Of a stretch of DNA of 64,000 nt, positions 23,331-31,542 are shown one piece after another. The position numbers and the translations under genes were made by a program. Location of the stretch: contig VGBT01000001.1 of assembly GCA_016870395.1 (NCBI GenBank), forward strand, positions 4,376 through 68,375. Direction: 5' to 3'. Position 1 is the stretch's first letter, and the number at the start of each line of letters is the position of its first letter. The stretch is from Actinomycetota bacterium. GTDB taxonomy: Bacteria > Actinomycetota > Acidimicrobiia > IMCC26256 > JAENVU01. The notes under the pieces are model-generated. The model did no database searches. It had not been told where the DNA came from and was given only the letters and a program-made list of their open reading frames with translations.

Positions 23331-24329
23331 TCACTCGTGGTCGGTGGGTTCCTCGATGCCGCGACGGATCCCGCGCGCGATCGCGTGCGCGATCTCGGCC
23401 GCGCGCTGAAGCGCCTGGGCCATCGCCGCGGAGTCCCCCTCGGCGATGAGCGCGCAGACGACGGCCGCCATCCTGGTCTCGCGCAGGATCGCGTACGTCC
23501 GACCTGTGACCGTGCCCGGCTCGGCCGCTCCGACGACCGGACCGAGCTCCTCTCGGATGCGCAGGGCGACCTGGCGGCCGGCTTCGGAGCGGAACTGGCC
23601 GGCTCCGTAGTGCAGACAGCGGCAGCCCGGTCGATCGCCCGAGCGTAGTGCCACGATCAGCTGCGCGTCCCAACGGTTGGCTCGCGCGGCCAGCTCGGAG
23701 TCGTCGGCTCCCGAGGTGTCAGCGATGACCTGTGCACCCGCGGTCGCGAGCTCGCGAGCAACCAACGTGCTGATCTGGTCGAAGCCGGGCGCGATCGCCA
23801 GGAAGACCTTTCGGCCGTCGAGCCGGCCCGGAGCGCGAAGGGCCTCCCGCTCGCGGATCGCGGCGACCGAGCCCGGGGCAAGGCGGGTGACGCGCTGCAG
23901 CGCGGTCAACGTGGCGGGCCCGGCGACCCCGTCGACCTCGAGGCTCTGGCTGCGCTGGAACTCGCGCAATGCCGTCGTGGTGTCGGGCCCGAGGATCCCG
24001 TCCTCCCGGCCGGCGTCGAAGCCGAGCCGGTTGAGGTCGTGCTGGAGCGCGGCGACGTCGTCGCCGCGCAGGTTGGGTCGGCCGAGGTAGAGCAGTCGGT
24101 CGCCGAGCTCGAAGCCACTCTCGACGAGCGCGGCCCAAGTCTGGGTACCGCAGAGCCCGTCCACTCTCAACCCGCGGGCGTCCTGGAACGCGCGGACTGA
24201 CGCCTCGGTCGGCGCGCCGAATCGCCCGAGCTCGTCGTTGGAGGGATGGCCGGCAGCCGCGAGGCGTTGCTGGAGCTCGCGGACCGCGTCACCGACGTCT
24301 CCGTTGCACAGGACCGTCGGAGTGCTCAT
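23331..24329 (-). CDS. Peptidoglycan-binding-domain protein with amidase_3-like C-terminal region (CwlM-like)
   Basis: There are two PG_binding_1-like repeats (GDVGDAVRELQQRLAAAG...VDGLCGTQTWAAL and GDDVAALQHDLNRLGFD...VDGVAGPATLTAL). These are followed by a region resembling N-acetylmuramoyl-L-alanine amidase. The gene occupies the cwlM position next to trxA/trxB. Confidence 0.7.
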   Translation of the reverse strand: MSTPTVLCNGDVGDAVRELQQRLAAAGHPSNDELGRFGAPTEASVRAFQDARGLRVDGLCGTQTWAALVESGFELGDRLLYLGRPNLRGDDVAALQHDLNRLGFDAGREDGILGPDTTTALREFQRSQSLEVDGVAGPATLTALQRVTRLAPGSVAAIREREALRAPGRLDGRKVFLAIAPGFDQISTLVARELATAGAQVIADTSGADDSELAARANRWDAQLIVALRSGDRPGCRCLHYGAGQFRSEAGRQVALRIREELGPVVGAAEPGTVTGRTYAILRETRMAAVVCALIAEGDSAAMAQALQRAAEIAHAIARGIRRGIEEPTDHE

Positions 24330-24346
24330 CGAGACTCCGACCCGGC

Positions 24347-24676
24347 TCAGCCGATGTACTCGGAGAGATCCTGGAGGAGCTGCCCCTTGCCCTTGGCGCC
24401 GACGAGGCGCTTCACAGGCGCGCCGTCCTGGAACACGAGCAGCGTCGGGATGCTCATCACGTCGAAGTGCCTGGCGATGTCGGGGTGGTCGTCGATGTTG
24501 AGCTTCGCGACCGTCAGCTTGCCGTCGTGTTCACTGGCAATTTCTTCCAGCGCCGGGGCGATCATCTTGCAGGGCCCGCACCATTCGGCCCAGAAGTCGA
24601 CCACGACGGGGGTCTCGGACGCGCGCACGGTCTCGTCGAAGGTGGCGTCGGAGAGGGTGAGGATGTGGTCAGACAC
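24347..24676 (-). CDS. trxA: Thioredoxin
   Basis: VVVDFWAEWCGPCKMIAP carries the WCGPC active site. 109 aa from GTG 24676, with SD aaagga upstream. Confidence 0.95.
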   Translation of the reverse strand: MSDHILTLSDATFDETVRASETPVVVDFWAEWCGPCKMIAPALEEIASEHDGKLTVAKLNIDDHPDIARHFDVMSIPTLLVFQDGAPVKRLVGAKGKGQLLQDLSEYIG

Positions 24677-24773
24677 GAGCAGTCCTTTCGAGCGGGGAGA
24701 GGGAACCCTGTGGTCGGGGAAGTCTAGCGACCAGCGAAACGGGACCACGGGCCCGAGCATTCCCGGCGCGCGC

Positions 24774-25718
24774 TCATCGCGCCGCCGCCGGGTGGCGGGC
24801 GCCCTCGATCCAGCGTTCGGCCTCGATCGCGGCCATGCAGCCGCTGCCGGCGGCCGTGATCGCCTGGCGGAACACATGGTCCTGCACATCGCCCGCGGCG
24901 AAGACACCCTCCACAGAGGTGCTCGTCGAGCCGGGTGCGGTCACGATGTAGCCGTTCTCGTCGAGATCGAGCTGGCCCTCGAACAGCGAGGTGCTCGGCG
25001 TGTGACCGATCGCCATGAACATCCCGGTGACCGCAAGCTCGGAGCACTCGCCGGTCACCGTGTCGCGCAGCGTCGCGCGCTCGAGCTTGGTCTCGCCGTG
25101 CAGCGCCTCGACGACCGCGTTCCAGCGGAGCTCGAGCTTGGGGTTCGCGAACGCGCGCTCCTGCATGATCTTCGAGGCCCGTAGCTCGTCGCGTCGATGG
25201 ATCAGCGTGACCTTCGACGCGAACTTCGTGAGGAAGACGGCCTCCTCGACGGCGGAGTCGCCGCCACCGACGACCGCGATCTCCTGATCGCGGAAGAAGA
25301 AGCCGTCGCAGGTCGCGCACGTGGAGACGCCGTGTCCGAGCAGGCGAGCCTCGTCGGGAAGGCCGAGCATCCGGGCCGACGCACCCGTGGTGATGATCAC
25401 GGCCTCGGCGGTGTACTCGGCGCTGCCGACCGTCACCCTGAACGGGCGAGAGGAGAGATCGACGCGTTCGGCGTCGGCGGTGACGAGCTCGGCCCCGAAC
25501 CGCTCGGCCTGCTCGCGGATGCGGGCCATGAGCTCGGGGCCCATGATCCCCTCCGGGAAGCCGGGGAAGTTCTCCACGTCGGTGGTGAGCATCAGCTGGC
25601 CCCCGGCGGCGAACCCCTCGACGACGACGGGGTGCAGGTTGGCGCGTGCCGTGTAGAGGGCGGCGGTGAGGCCGGCGGGCCCGGAGCCGACGATCACGAT
25701 GTCGCGCGGGTCAGACAC
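24774..25718 (-). CDS. trxB: Thioredoxin-disulfide reductase
   Basis: FAD motif is IVIVGSGPAGLTAALY, redox-active site is CATCDG, and NADPH motif is VVGGGDSAVEEA. 314 aa from GTG 25718. Confidence 0.95.
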   Translation of the reverse strand: MSDPRDIVIVGSGPAGLTAALYTARANLHPVVVEGFAAGGQLMLTTDVENFPGFPEGIMGPELMARIREQAERFGAELVTADAERVDLSSRPFRVTVGSAEYTAEAVIITTGASARMLGLPDEARLLGHGVSTCATCDGFFFRDQEIAVVGGGDSAVEEAVFLTKFASKVTLIHRRDELRASKIMQERAFANPKLELRWNAVVEALHGETKLERATLRDTVTGECSELAVTGMFMAIGHTPSTSLFEGQLDLDENGYIVTAPGSTSTSVEGVFAAGDVQDHVFRQAITAAGSGCMAAIEAERWIEGARHPAAAR

Positions 25719-26016
25719 GGAGCGCTTCCTCCTCGCGGATGGCGCGGCGGGACCAGCAGAACACCCCGGCGACCACGAAGATTCCCCCGAGCACCATCCA
25801 GGCTGCCCAGACCGGCAGCGGGATCGTGAGCACGCGGAACAGCAGGATCCCGAGGAGCACCGCCGCGGTCGTCGCGAAGAACGCGGCGAGCAGTCCGTAG
25901 ACCACTGCCTTGGCGGCTCGTTGCGCGGGCAGCACCGTGCGGTCGCGAACGAGCACGACCGCCTGCTCCACGACGTCGGCGGCACGGTCGGTCCAGTCTG
26001 GGCGTGCGTCGGTCAC
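25711..26016 (-). CDS. Small two-TM membrane protein of unknown function
   Basis: 101 aa with two clear hydrophobic helices (VVYGLLAAFFATTAAVLLGILLF and VWAAWMVLGGIFVVAGVFCW). The 3' end overlaps the trxB start by 8 nt. Confidence 0.5.
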   Translation of the reverse strand: MTDARPDWTDRAADVVEQAVVLVRDRTVLPAQRAAKAVVYGLLAAFFATTAAVLLGILLFRVLTIPLPVWAAWMVLGGIFVVAGVFCWSRRAIREEEALRV

Positions 26017-26132
26017 GAGGTCCTCCCTCTCGGCGGGGAAGGAGCGTAACCGAGAGGATCCCCGGGCTCACGTGGCCGCGGCCCGGTCCCGCGGGTGGGG
26101 TGACTCGGCGAAGCCCGAAGCGGACGCGAGCG

Positions 26133-26885
26133 TCAGCGCGACACCGATGTGAGGACTCGGCAGTCCTCCGCGGCGACGACGAAGACGATCGTCCGACCAC
26201 CGACGCGCATCCCGACCAGCACGGCGGGCGTGCCCTGATAGGCGCCCGTCGCGCGGAAGACCTCCTCGCGGTCCTGGGCGAGCTCCTCGGCGCATCTGGA
26301 CGAGGCGTCGGCCGGCACGGGCGCGGGCGGCGAGCTCGACGGCAGCCCCTTCTCCGGCGCGTCGGCCGCGGCCTCGCTGCTCGCGACCCGGCTGCTCTCG
26401 TCGCCCAGGAGGTCCCGGATCCGTGCCGGGTCGGTCACGTCCCCCACGTCGCCGAGGTCGCCCCGCGCGTCCGTGGCCTCGGTCGCGGTAAAGCTGGTGG
26501 AGTCCTCGCCGTCCTGAGCCACGAGGAACGCGCCCAGCCCGAGGACGACGACCGCAGCGGCCGCGACGGCGAGCGCGCGCCGGAAGCGGTGACCGGTGCC
26601 GGTCTCGGACGCCGCGACAGGCGTGCCGAGCGCGGTGTGCACGAGGCGGCGTCGACCGAGGTCGTCGAGCGGCACGGGGGTGGCGAGTGCATCGCGCGCC
26701 CGGGCGAGCGCGTCGCGTGCTGCGGGTCCGGGCGGCCAGTCGACGAGGAGATCGGTCGCCTCGGCCTCGGTCAGCGAGCGCTCGGCCGCGAACGCGGCCA
26801 GCTCGCCGTCGAGCCAGGCACTGACCGCCTCGTCGGTGTCGTCGCCGAAGGGCGGGTCGTCGCGGGTGTCGTCGGCGTCGTTCAT
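26133..26885 (-). CDS. Putative anti-sigma factor (single-pass membrane protein)
   Basis: ATGA overlap with the upstream sigma-factor gene. The N-terminal motif is AVSAWLDGELAAF, with a central TM helix ALAVAAAAVVVLGLGAFLV. Position matches anti-SigM in Mycobacterium. Confidence 0.6.
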   Translation of the reverse strand: MNDADDTRDDPPFGDDTDEAVSAWLDGELAAFAAERSLTEAEATDLLVDWPPGPAARDALARARDALATPVPLDDLGRRRLVHTALGTPVAASETGTGHRFRRALAVAAAAVVVLGLGAFLVAQDGEDSTSFTATEATDARGDLGDVGDVTDPARIRDLLGDESSRVASSEAAADAPEKGLPSSSPPAPVPADASSRCAEELAQDREEVFRATGAYQGTPAVLVGMRVGGRTIVFVVAAEDCRVLTSVSR

Positions 26886-27448
26886 GGACGACTCGTTGGA
26901 CGAACGCCGGGGCCATCGGGGTTCCCGAGGAGCTTCGCGAGCGCGGCGCGACCGCGAGCGATCCGGGACCGGACCGTGCCGGGGGGCACCTCCAGCACCT
27001 CGGCGATCTGGGCGTAGTCGAGGTCGCAGAGGTCGCGGAGCACCACGGCGACGCGGAACTCCTCCGGCAGCCGCGCGAGGCCGGCGTCGAGGTCGAGCCG
27101 GTCGGCGACGGCCTCGGGTCCGGGATCCACAGTGGCCGGTTCGGCGAGCCGGTCGCTGGGGAGCGGCCGACGGGCGCGCCGACGCATCTCGTCGAGCGCG
27201 GCGTTGACGGCGATGCGGTGCAGCCACGTGGTGAACGCAGCGCGCTCGTCCCAGCCCCCGATGGCGCGAATCACCGAGCAGAGCGCTTCTTGAGCCGCGT
27301 CCATCGCGTCATCGGGGCCCAGGATTCGGTAGCAGACCGCATGGACGCGCTCGACATGGCGCTCGAGCAGGGCTTCGAGCGCGCCACGGTCACCGCCTGC
27401 GGCCGCTCGCGCGAGCGCCGCGTCGGCGCGACGGTCATGTCGAGCCAA
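26882..27448 (-). CDS. ECF-type RNA polymerase sigma factor (SigM-like)
   Basis: Region 2 is ...VHAVCYRILGPDDAMDAAQEALCSVIRAIGGWDERAAFTTWLHRIAVNAALDEMRRR. Region 4 is VVLRDLCDLDYAQIAEVLEVPPGTVRSRIARGRAAL. TTG 27448 is chosen as start (uncertain). Confidence 0.85.
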   Translation of the reverse strand: MARHDRRADAALARAAAGGDRGALEALLERHVERVHAVCYRILGPDDAMDAAQEALCSVIRAIGGWDERAAFTTWLHRIAVNAALDEMRRRARRPLPSDRLAEPATVDPGPEAVADRLDLDAGLARLPEEFRVAVVLRDLCDLDYAQIAEVLEVPPGTVRSRIARGRAALAKLLGNPDGPGVRPTSRP

Positions 27449-28988
27449 GGACGCGCACTTCGGAGACGGCGAGCTGATACCGGTCGTTGCCGACCGGTGG
27501 GAGCTCGGTGAGCCAGAACAGCACGTAGCGCGCTGCCCGCGCGGGCTCGATGTCGGCTGTCGAAGGAGCAAGGACCATCGGGATCCCGACCTGGCTCCCG
27601 CCCAGCGTGCCTGCCGGGGGACCCCAGCCGTCGAGCTCCTCCGCGACGGTGTCCCCCAGGTACACCTGGGCGCTCCACGGCTCTGGGCCGGTGGTCGTCA
27701 TCTCCGCGCCGCTCACCGAACGCGTTGCACCCAGGTCGACGACGAAGCCGACACCGCGCTTGTTTCCACCGACATCCGGTTGGAAGTAGGTCGTGGTCTC
27801 CCACCAGGTCGCCACGTCCTGATCGATGATCGCATCGATCTGATCGGGGTTCTCCTCCCCGTCGTCGCCCTCGGGGTCGTAGTCGGTGACGGAGACGATC
27901 GGCAGCGCCTCCACCTTCGGCGCGCCGGGCGGGGACGCCCTCGCTCCGTCGTCCTCGGCGACGGAGCGGTACCCGGCGTAGCCGAGGCCGGCACCGAGGG
28001 CGAAGGCCAGGACCCACAGGATTCCACGGGCGAGCGACGAGCCACCCGGAGTGGCGGCGACGGCTGCGGGGGCGGGCGCAGCCGCTCGGGGTGGCAGCCG
28101 CACGGGCATGGTCGCGTCGGCGCGTGCCGCGGTCGGCGCACCGGAGGCCCCACCGTCCCGGAACGGCCCCAGCGCGTCGCGCATAGCCGCCGCGGTCGGC
28201 CAGCGCGCCTGCGGATCGCGGGCGAGCGCTCGCTCGAGCACCTGCTCCAGGCCCGACGGGACGTCGGGACGGGCGGTCGTCACCGGGCCGGGGGGAGCGG
28301 TGAGGCGCGCCACCGCGGTCGCGATGTCGGTCTCGGCCTCGAAGGGGGCCTCGCCGGTGAGCATCTCGTAGAGGACGAGTCCCAGCGAGTAGACGTCGGA
28401 GCGCTCGTCGACGTCGTGCCCCTCCACCTGTTCGGGTGCGAGATAGCGCGCGGTGCCGACGACCATCCCGGTTCGGGTGAGCTCGTCTCCGCCGCCACCG
28501 GCGACCTTCGCGATCCCGAAGTCGGTGACCTTCGCCCGGCTGTCGGGCTGGACGAGCACGTTGCCGGGCTTGACGTCGCGATGCACGAGACCCCGGGCGT
28601 GCGCGACGGAGAGCGCGTCCGCGACCTGAGCGGCGATGTCTGCGGCGCGACCTACCGGCAGCGCCCCGGTGGTATCGATCATCCGGCGCAGCGTCACGCC
28701 CTCGACGAGCTCCATCACGATGAACGCGATGCCATCGTCCTCACCCGTGTCGTAGGTCGCGACGATGTTGGGATGGGCGACCGCGGCGGCCGCGACGGCC
28801 TCGCGGCGGAAGCGGGTGCGCAGCGCGTCGTCGCCGCTCAGGGCCGGATCGAGGGTCTTGACCGCGACCTCGCGGGCCAGCAACGGGTCGGAGGCCTGCC
28901 AGACGGTCCCCATGCCGCCCTTCGCTATGACGCGCTCGAGGCGGTAACGGCCGCCGAGGACGCGTCCAGGCTCGAGCGGATCACCCAC
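27435..28988 (-). CDS. Transmembrane Ser/Thr protein kinase with extracellular beta-sandwich-like domain
   Basis: All Hanks motifs are intact: GGMGTVW, VAVK, HRDVKPGN, DFG, GTARYLAPE. The TM helix is GILWVLAFALGAGLGYAGY. The C-terminal domain of about 170 aa (ending ...YVLFWLTELPP...YQLAVSEVRVLG) resembles discoidin/carbohydrate-binding folds. Confidence 0.9.
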   Translation of the reverse strand: MGDPLEPGRVLGGRYRLERVIAKGGMGTVWQASDPLLAREVAVKTLDPALSGDDALRTRFRREAVAAAAVAHPNIVATYDTGEDDGIAFIVMELVEGVTLRRMIDTTGALPVGRAADIAAQVADALSVAHARGLVHRDVKPGNVLVQPDSRAKVTDFGIAKVAGGGGDELTRTGMVVGTARYLAPEQVEGHDVDERSDVYSLGLVLYEMLTGEAPFEAETDIATAVARLTAPPGPVTTARPDVPSGLEQVLERALARDPQARWPTAAAMRDALGPFRDGGASGAPTAARADATMPVRLPPRAAAPAPAAVAATPGGSSLARGILWVLAFALGAGLGYAGYRSVAEDDGARASPPGAPKVEALPIVSVTDYDPEGDDGEENPDQIDAIIDQDVATWWETTTYFQPDVGGNKRGVGFVVDLGATRSVSGAEMTTTGPEPWSAQVYLGDTVAEELDGWGPPAGTLGGSQVGIPMVLAPSTADIEPARAARYVLFWLTELPPVGNDRYQLAVSEVRVLGST

Positions 28989-29023
28989 GCCGGAACGCTA
29001 ACGCGCCCGCCGGGGGGTTCGAC

Positions 29024-29863
29024 TTACCAGTGCTCCACCCAGCCGAGCCCGATCGTCCGCGGACCGGCGTGGGTGCCGATCACGGGACCGATGATCCCGA
29101 TCTCGATCTGTTCGCGGGGAACGGTATGGGCGACCAGGTCGAGGAGCTCGTCGACATCGGGTGCGTGCGCGTGGAACATGTAGACCCCGTCGGGTTTCAC
29201 CGCGCCGGCCACCTTGTCCGCGAGGAACCGGAGGCTCTTGGACCGCGTGCGGACCTTGCCCGCCTCGGCGACCACGCCGTCACGCACCTCGATGACGGGC
29301 TTGATCGACAGCACCCCGCCGAGCAGGGCCTGAGCGGCCCCGATCCGGCCTCCCTTCTTGAGGTGCTCGAGCGTGTCGAGCGTGCCGAAGAGTCGGGTCC
29401 GGTGAGTCTGGTCCTCCACGGCGGTCGCGATCCCGTCGACGTCCTGGCCCGCCTCGGCGAGCCGCGCCGCGGCGATGCATTGCAGGCCGAGGCCCATCGA
29501 CACGCTCATGGAGTCGACCACCCGCACGGGGCACACCCCTTCCAGTGCCTTGGCCGCGAGCTGGGCCGACTGCATCGTGGCGGAGAGCCGCGACGAGAGG
29601 TTGATGCAGACGATCCCCTCGGCGCCGTCGTCGGCGAGCGCCCGGAAGCGCTGCTCGAACGCGCCGGCCGACGGCGCGGCCGTCTCGGGCAGCACCGAGG
29701 AGTCGGCCACCTTCTTCCAGAAGTCGTCGTTGGAGAGCTCGATCCGGTCGACGAACTCCTCGTCCCCGAACCGGATCGTGAGCGGCACGATCTCGATCCC
29801 GAGCCCGTCGGCCCGCTCCTGGGGCAGGTCACACGAGCTGTCGGTGACGACGCGAACCCCCAC
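29024..29863 (-). CDS. DegV-family fatty-acid-binding protein
   Basis: VRVVTDSSCDLPQERADGLGIEIVPLTIRFGDEEF...ETAAPSAGAF...INLSSRLSATMQSA is a typical DegV. GTG 29863 is preceded by a strong SD, aaggaggagg. Confidence 0.85.
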   Translation of the reverse strand: MGVRVVTDSSCDLPQERADGLGIEIVPLTIRFGDEEFVDRIELSNDDFWKKVADSSVLPETAAPSAGAFEQRFRALADDGAEGIVCINLSSRLSATMQSAQLAAKALEGVCPVRVVDSMSVSMGLGLQCIAAARLAEAGQDVDGIATAVEDQTHRTRLFGTLDTLEHLKKGGRIGAAQALLGGVLSIKPVIEVRDGVVAEAGKVRTRSKSLRFLADKVAGAVKPDGVYMFHAHAPDVDELLDLVAHTVPREQIEIGIIGPVIGTHAGPRTIGLGWVEHW

Positions 29864-29924
29864 TTGGCCTCCTCCTTGGACGTAACGACGGCGCGGGTGT
29901 TGGACCCGGGCCGCGGGCAAATGG

Positions 29925-31535
29925 TTACACGCGTTCGACGCTCGCCGCTCGGCTGCGGGGCCGGAGCGCCGCACCCAGCGCGGCCAGCTCGCCGTGGCGG
30001 AGCAGGGCCAGGACGCCCACGAAGACCGCGCCACCCGCCGCGGTGGCGGCCACGGTGGCGACCATCGCCTGGCCGGCCGTCGCGTCGCCGACGGCATTCG
30101 CCACCCCGTAGGCGACGACGGCGAGCGCGGCGGACGCCACCGAGACCCGCAGCAGCGAGGCCACGATCCGGCGGCCGTCCAGGCGGTGCAGCCGGGCTCG
30201 CATCACGGCCAGCGCGGCGACCGAGGCGACGGCGTAGGCGATCGACCACGAGAGCGCGAGCCCTTGCACCCCGAGCGACGGGTAGAGCGCGACCGCGAGC
30301 ACGATGTTGGTGCCGTTCTCGAGCACGTTGAGCAGGAACGGGGTTCGCGTGTCCTGCATCGCGTAGAAGCCCCGTAGCGTGAAGAGGTACGCCGAGAAGA
30401 AGAAGAGGCCCAGCCCGAAGGCCGCGAGCGTCTCGGCGGTGAGATCTGCCGAGCGTGTTGTGAACGCGCCGTAGTCCAGGAGCGCGCGGACGATCGGGCC
30501 GGCCAGGACCACGAGGATCGCGGCGGAGGGCAGCACCACCAGACCCATCAACCGGAAGCCGCTGCCGAAGGCGCTGCGCAGGCCGTCGGTGTCGCCGGCC
30601 TGCGAATGTCGGGCGAGCTCGGGGGCGAGCGCCGTCATGATCGACACTGCGAAGAGGCCGTGCGGCAGCTGGAAGAACGTGAAGGCGGCGAGGTACACGG
30701 ACGCGTCGCCGCTCTCGCGATACGCGAGGACGAGCACGATGAAGAACGCGACCTGGTTGGCCGCCACGTACCCGAACGTCCAGCCCGACAGCCGGGCGAG
30801 CTTGCGGACGGCGGGATGGCGCCAATCCCAGGCCCACCGGAATCCGGCGCCGGCCCGTGACAGCGCGGGTAGCAGCACGAGCGCCATCGCGACGATGCCG
30901 GCCGTGGTCCCGAGTCCCAGCAGGAGGACCATCCAGGGATCGTCGAGCACGGACTCCACCGTGGGCTCCGCCGTCATCACCCGGGGGAGTGCGAGCAGCA
31001 CCGAGATCACCACCACGTTGTTCAGCACGGGAGCGAACGCAGCCGCGGCGAAACGGCGCCGCGCGTTGAGCATCGCGGTGGCCAGCGCGGTGAGGCCGTA
31101 GAAGAACATCTGAGGCATGAACCAGCGCAACAGGTCGGTCGCGAGTTGCTGCTGGTGCTCGACCCCCGGACCGTCGGGCAGCCGAGCCGTGTAGAGCTCG
31201 ACGATCCAGGGCGCCGCGAGGACACCGAGCACCGTGATCACGGCCAGCACGGCGATCGCGACCGTGTTGATCGCATCCGATGCCCGCCGGTCTCGGTGCT
31301 CGAGATGCTCGACGTAGAGCGGCACGAGCGTCGCCGTGAGGATGCCGCCGAGCAGGAGCTCGTACACGATGTTCGGCATCGAGTTGGCGACGTTGTAGAC
31401 GTCGGTGAGCCTCGCGAAGCCGAGCGCCGCGAGCGCCGCGAAGCGGAGCACACCGGTGACGCGCGAGAGCAGGGTGCCCAGGCCGACGACCGCGCTCGAT
31501 CGCACGAGCCGGTCCTCCGCCGAACGCGGGCTCAT
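29925..31535 (-). CDS. murJ: Lipid II flippase MurJ/MviN
   Basis: 536 aa and polytopic. The N-terminus is ...VGLGTLLSRVTGVLRFAALAALGFARLTDVYNVANSMPNIVYELLLGGILTATLVP, characteristic of MurJ. Confidence 0.9.
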   Translation of the reverse strand: MSPRSAEDRLVRSSAVVGLGTLLSRVTGVLRFAALAALGFARLTDVYNVANSMPNIVYELLLGGILTATLVPLYVEHLEHRDRRASDAINTVAIAVLAVITVLGVLAAPWIVELYTARLPDGPGVEHQQQLATDLLRWFMPQMFFYGLTALATAMLNARRRFAAAAFAPVLNNVVVISVLLALPRVMTAEPTVESVLDDPWMVLLLGLGTTAGIVAMALVLLPALSRAGAGFRWAWDWRHPAVRKLARLSGWTFGYVAANQVAFFIVLVLAYRESGDASVYLAAFTFFQLPHGLFAVSIMTALAPELARHSQAGDTDGLRSAFGSGFRLMGLVVLPSAAILVVLAGPIVRALLDYGAFTTRSADLTAETLAAFGLGLFFFSAYLFTLRGFYAMQDTRTPFLLNVLENGTNIVLAVALYPSLGVQGLALSWSIAYAVASVAALAVMRARLHRLDGRRIVASLLRVSVASAALAVVAYGVANAVGDATAGQAMVATVAATAAGGAVFVGVLALLRHGELAALGAALRPRSRAASVERV

Positions 31536-31542
31536 GCGCGTC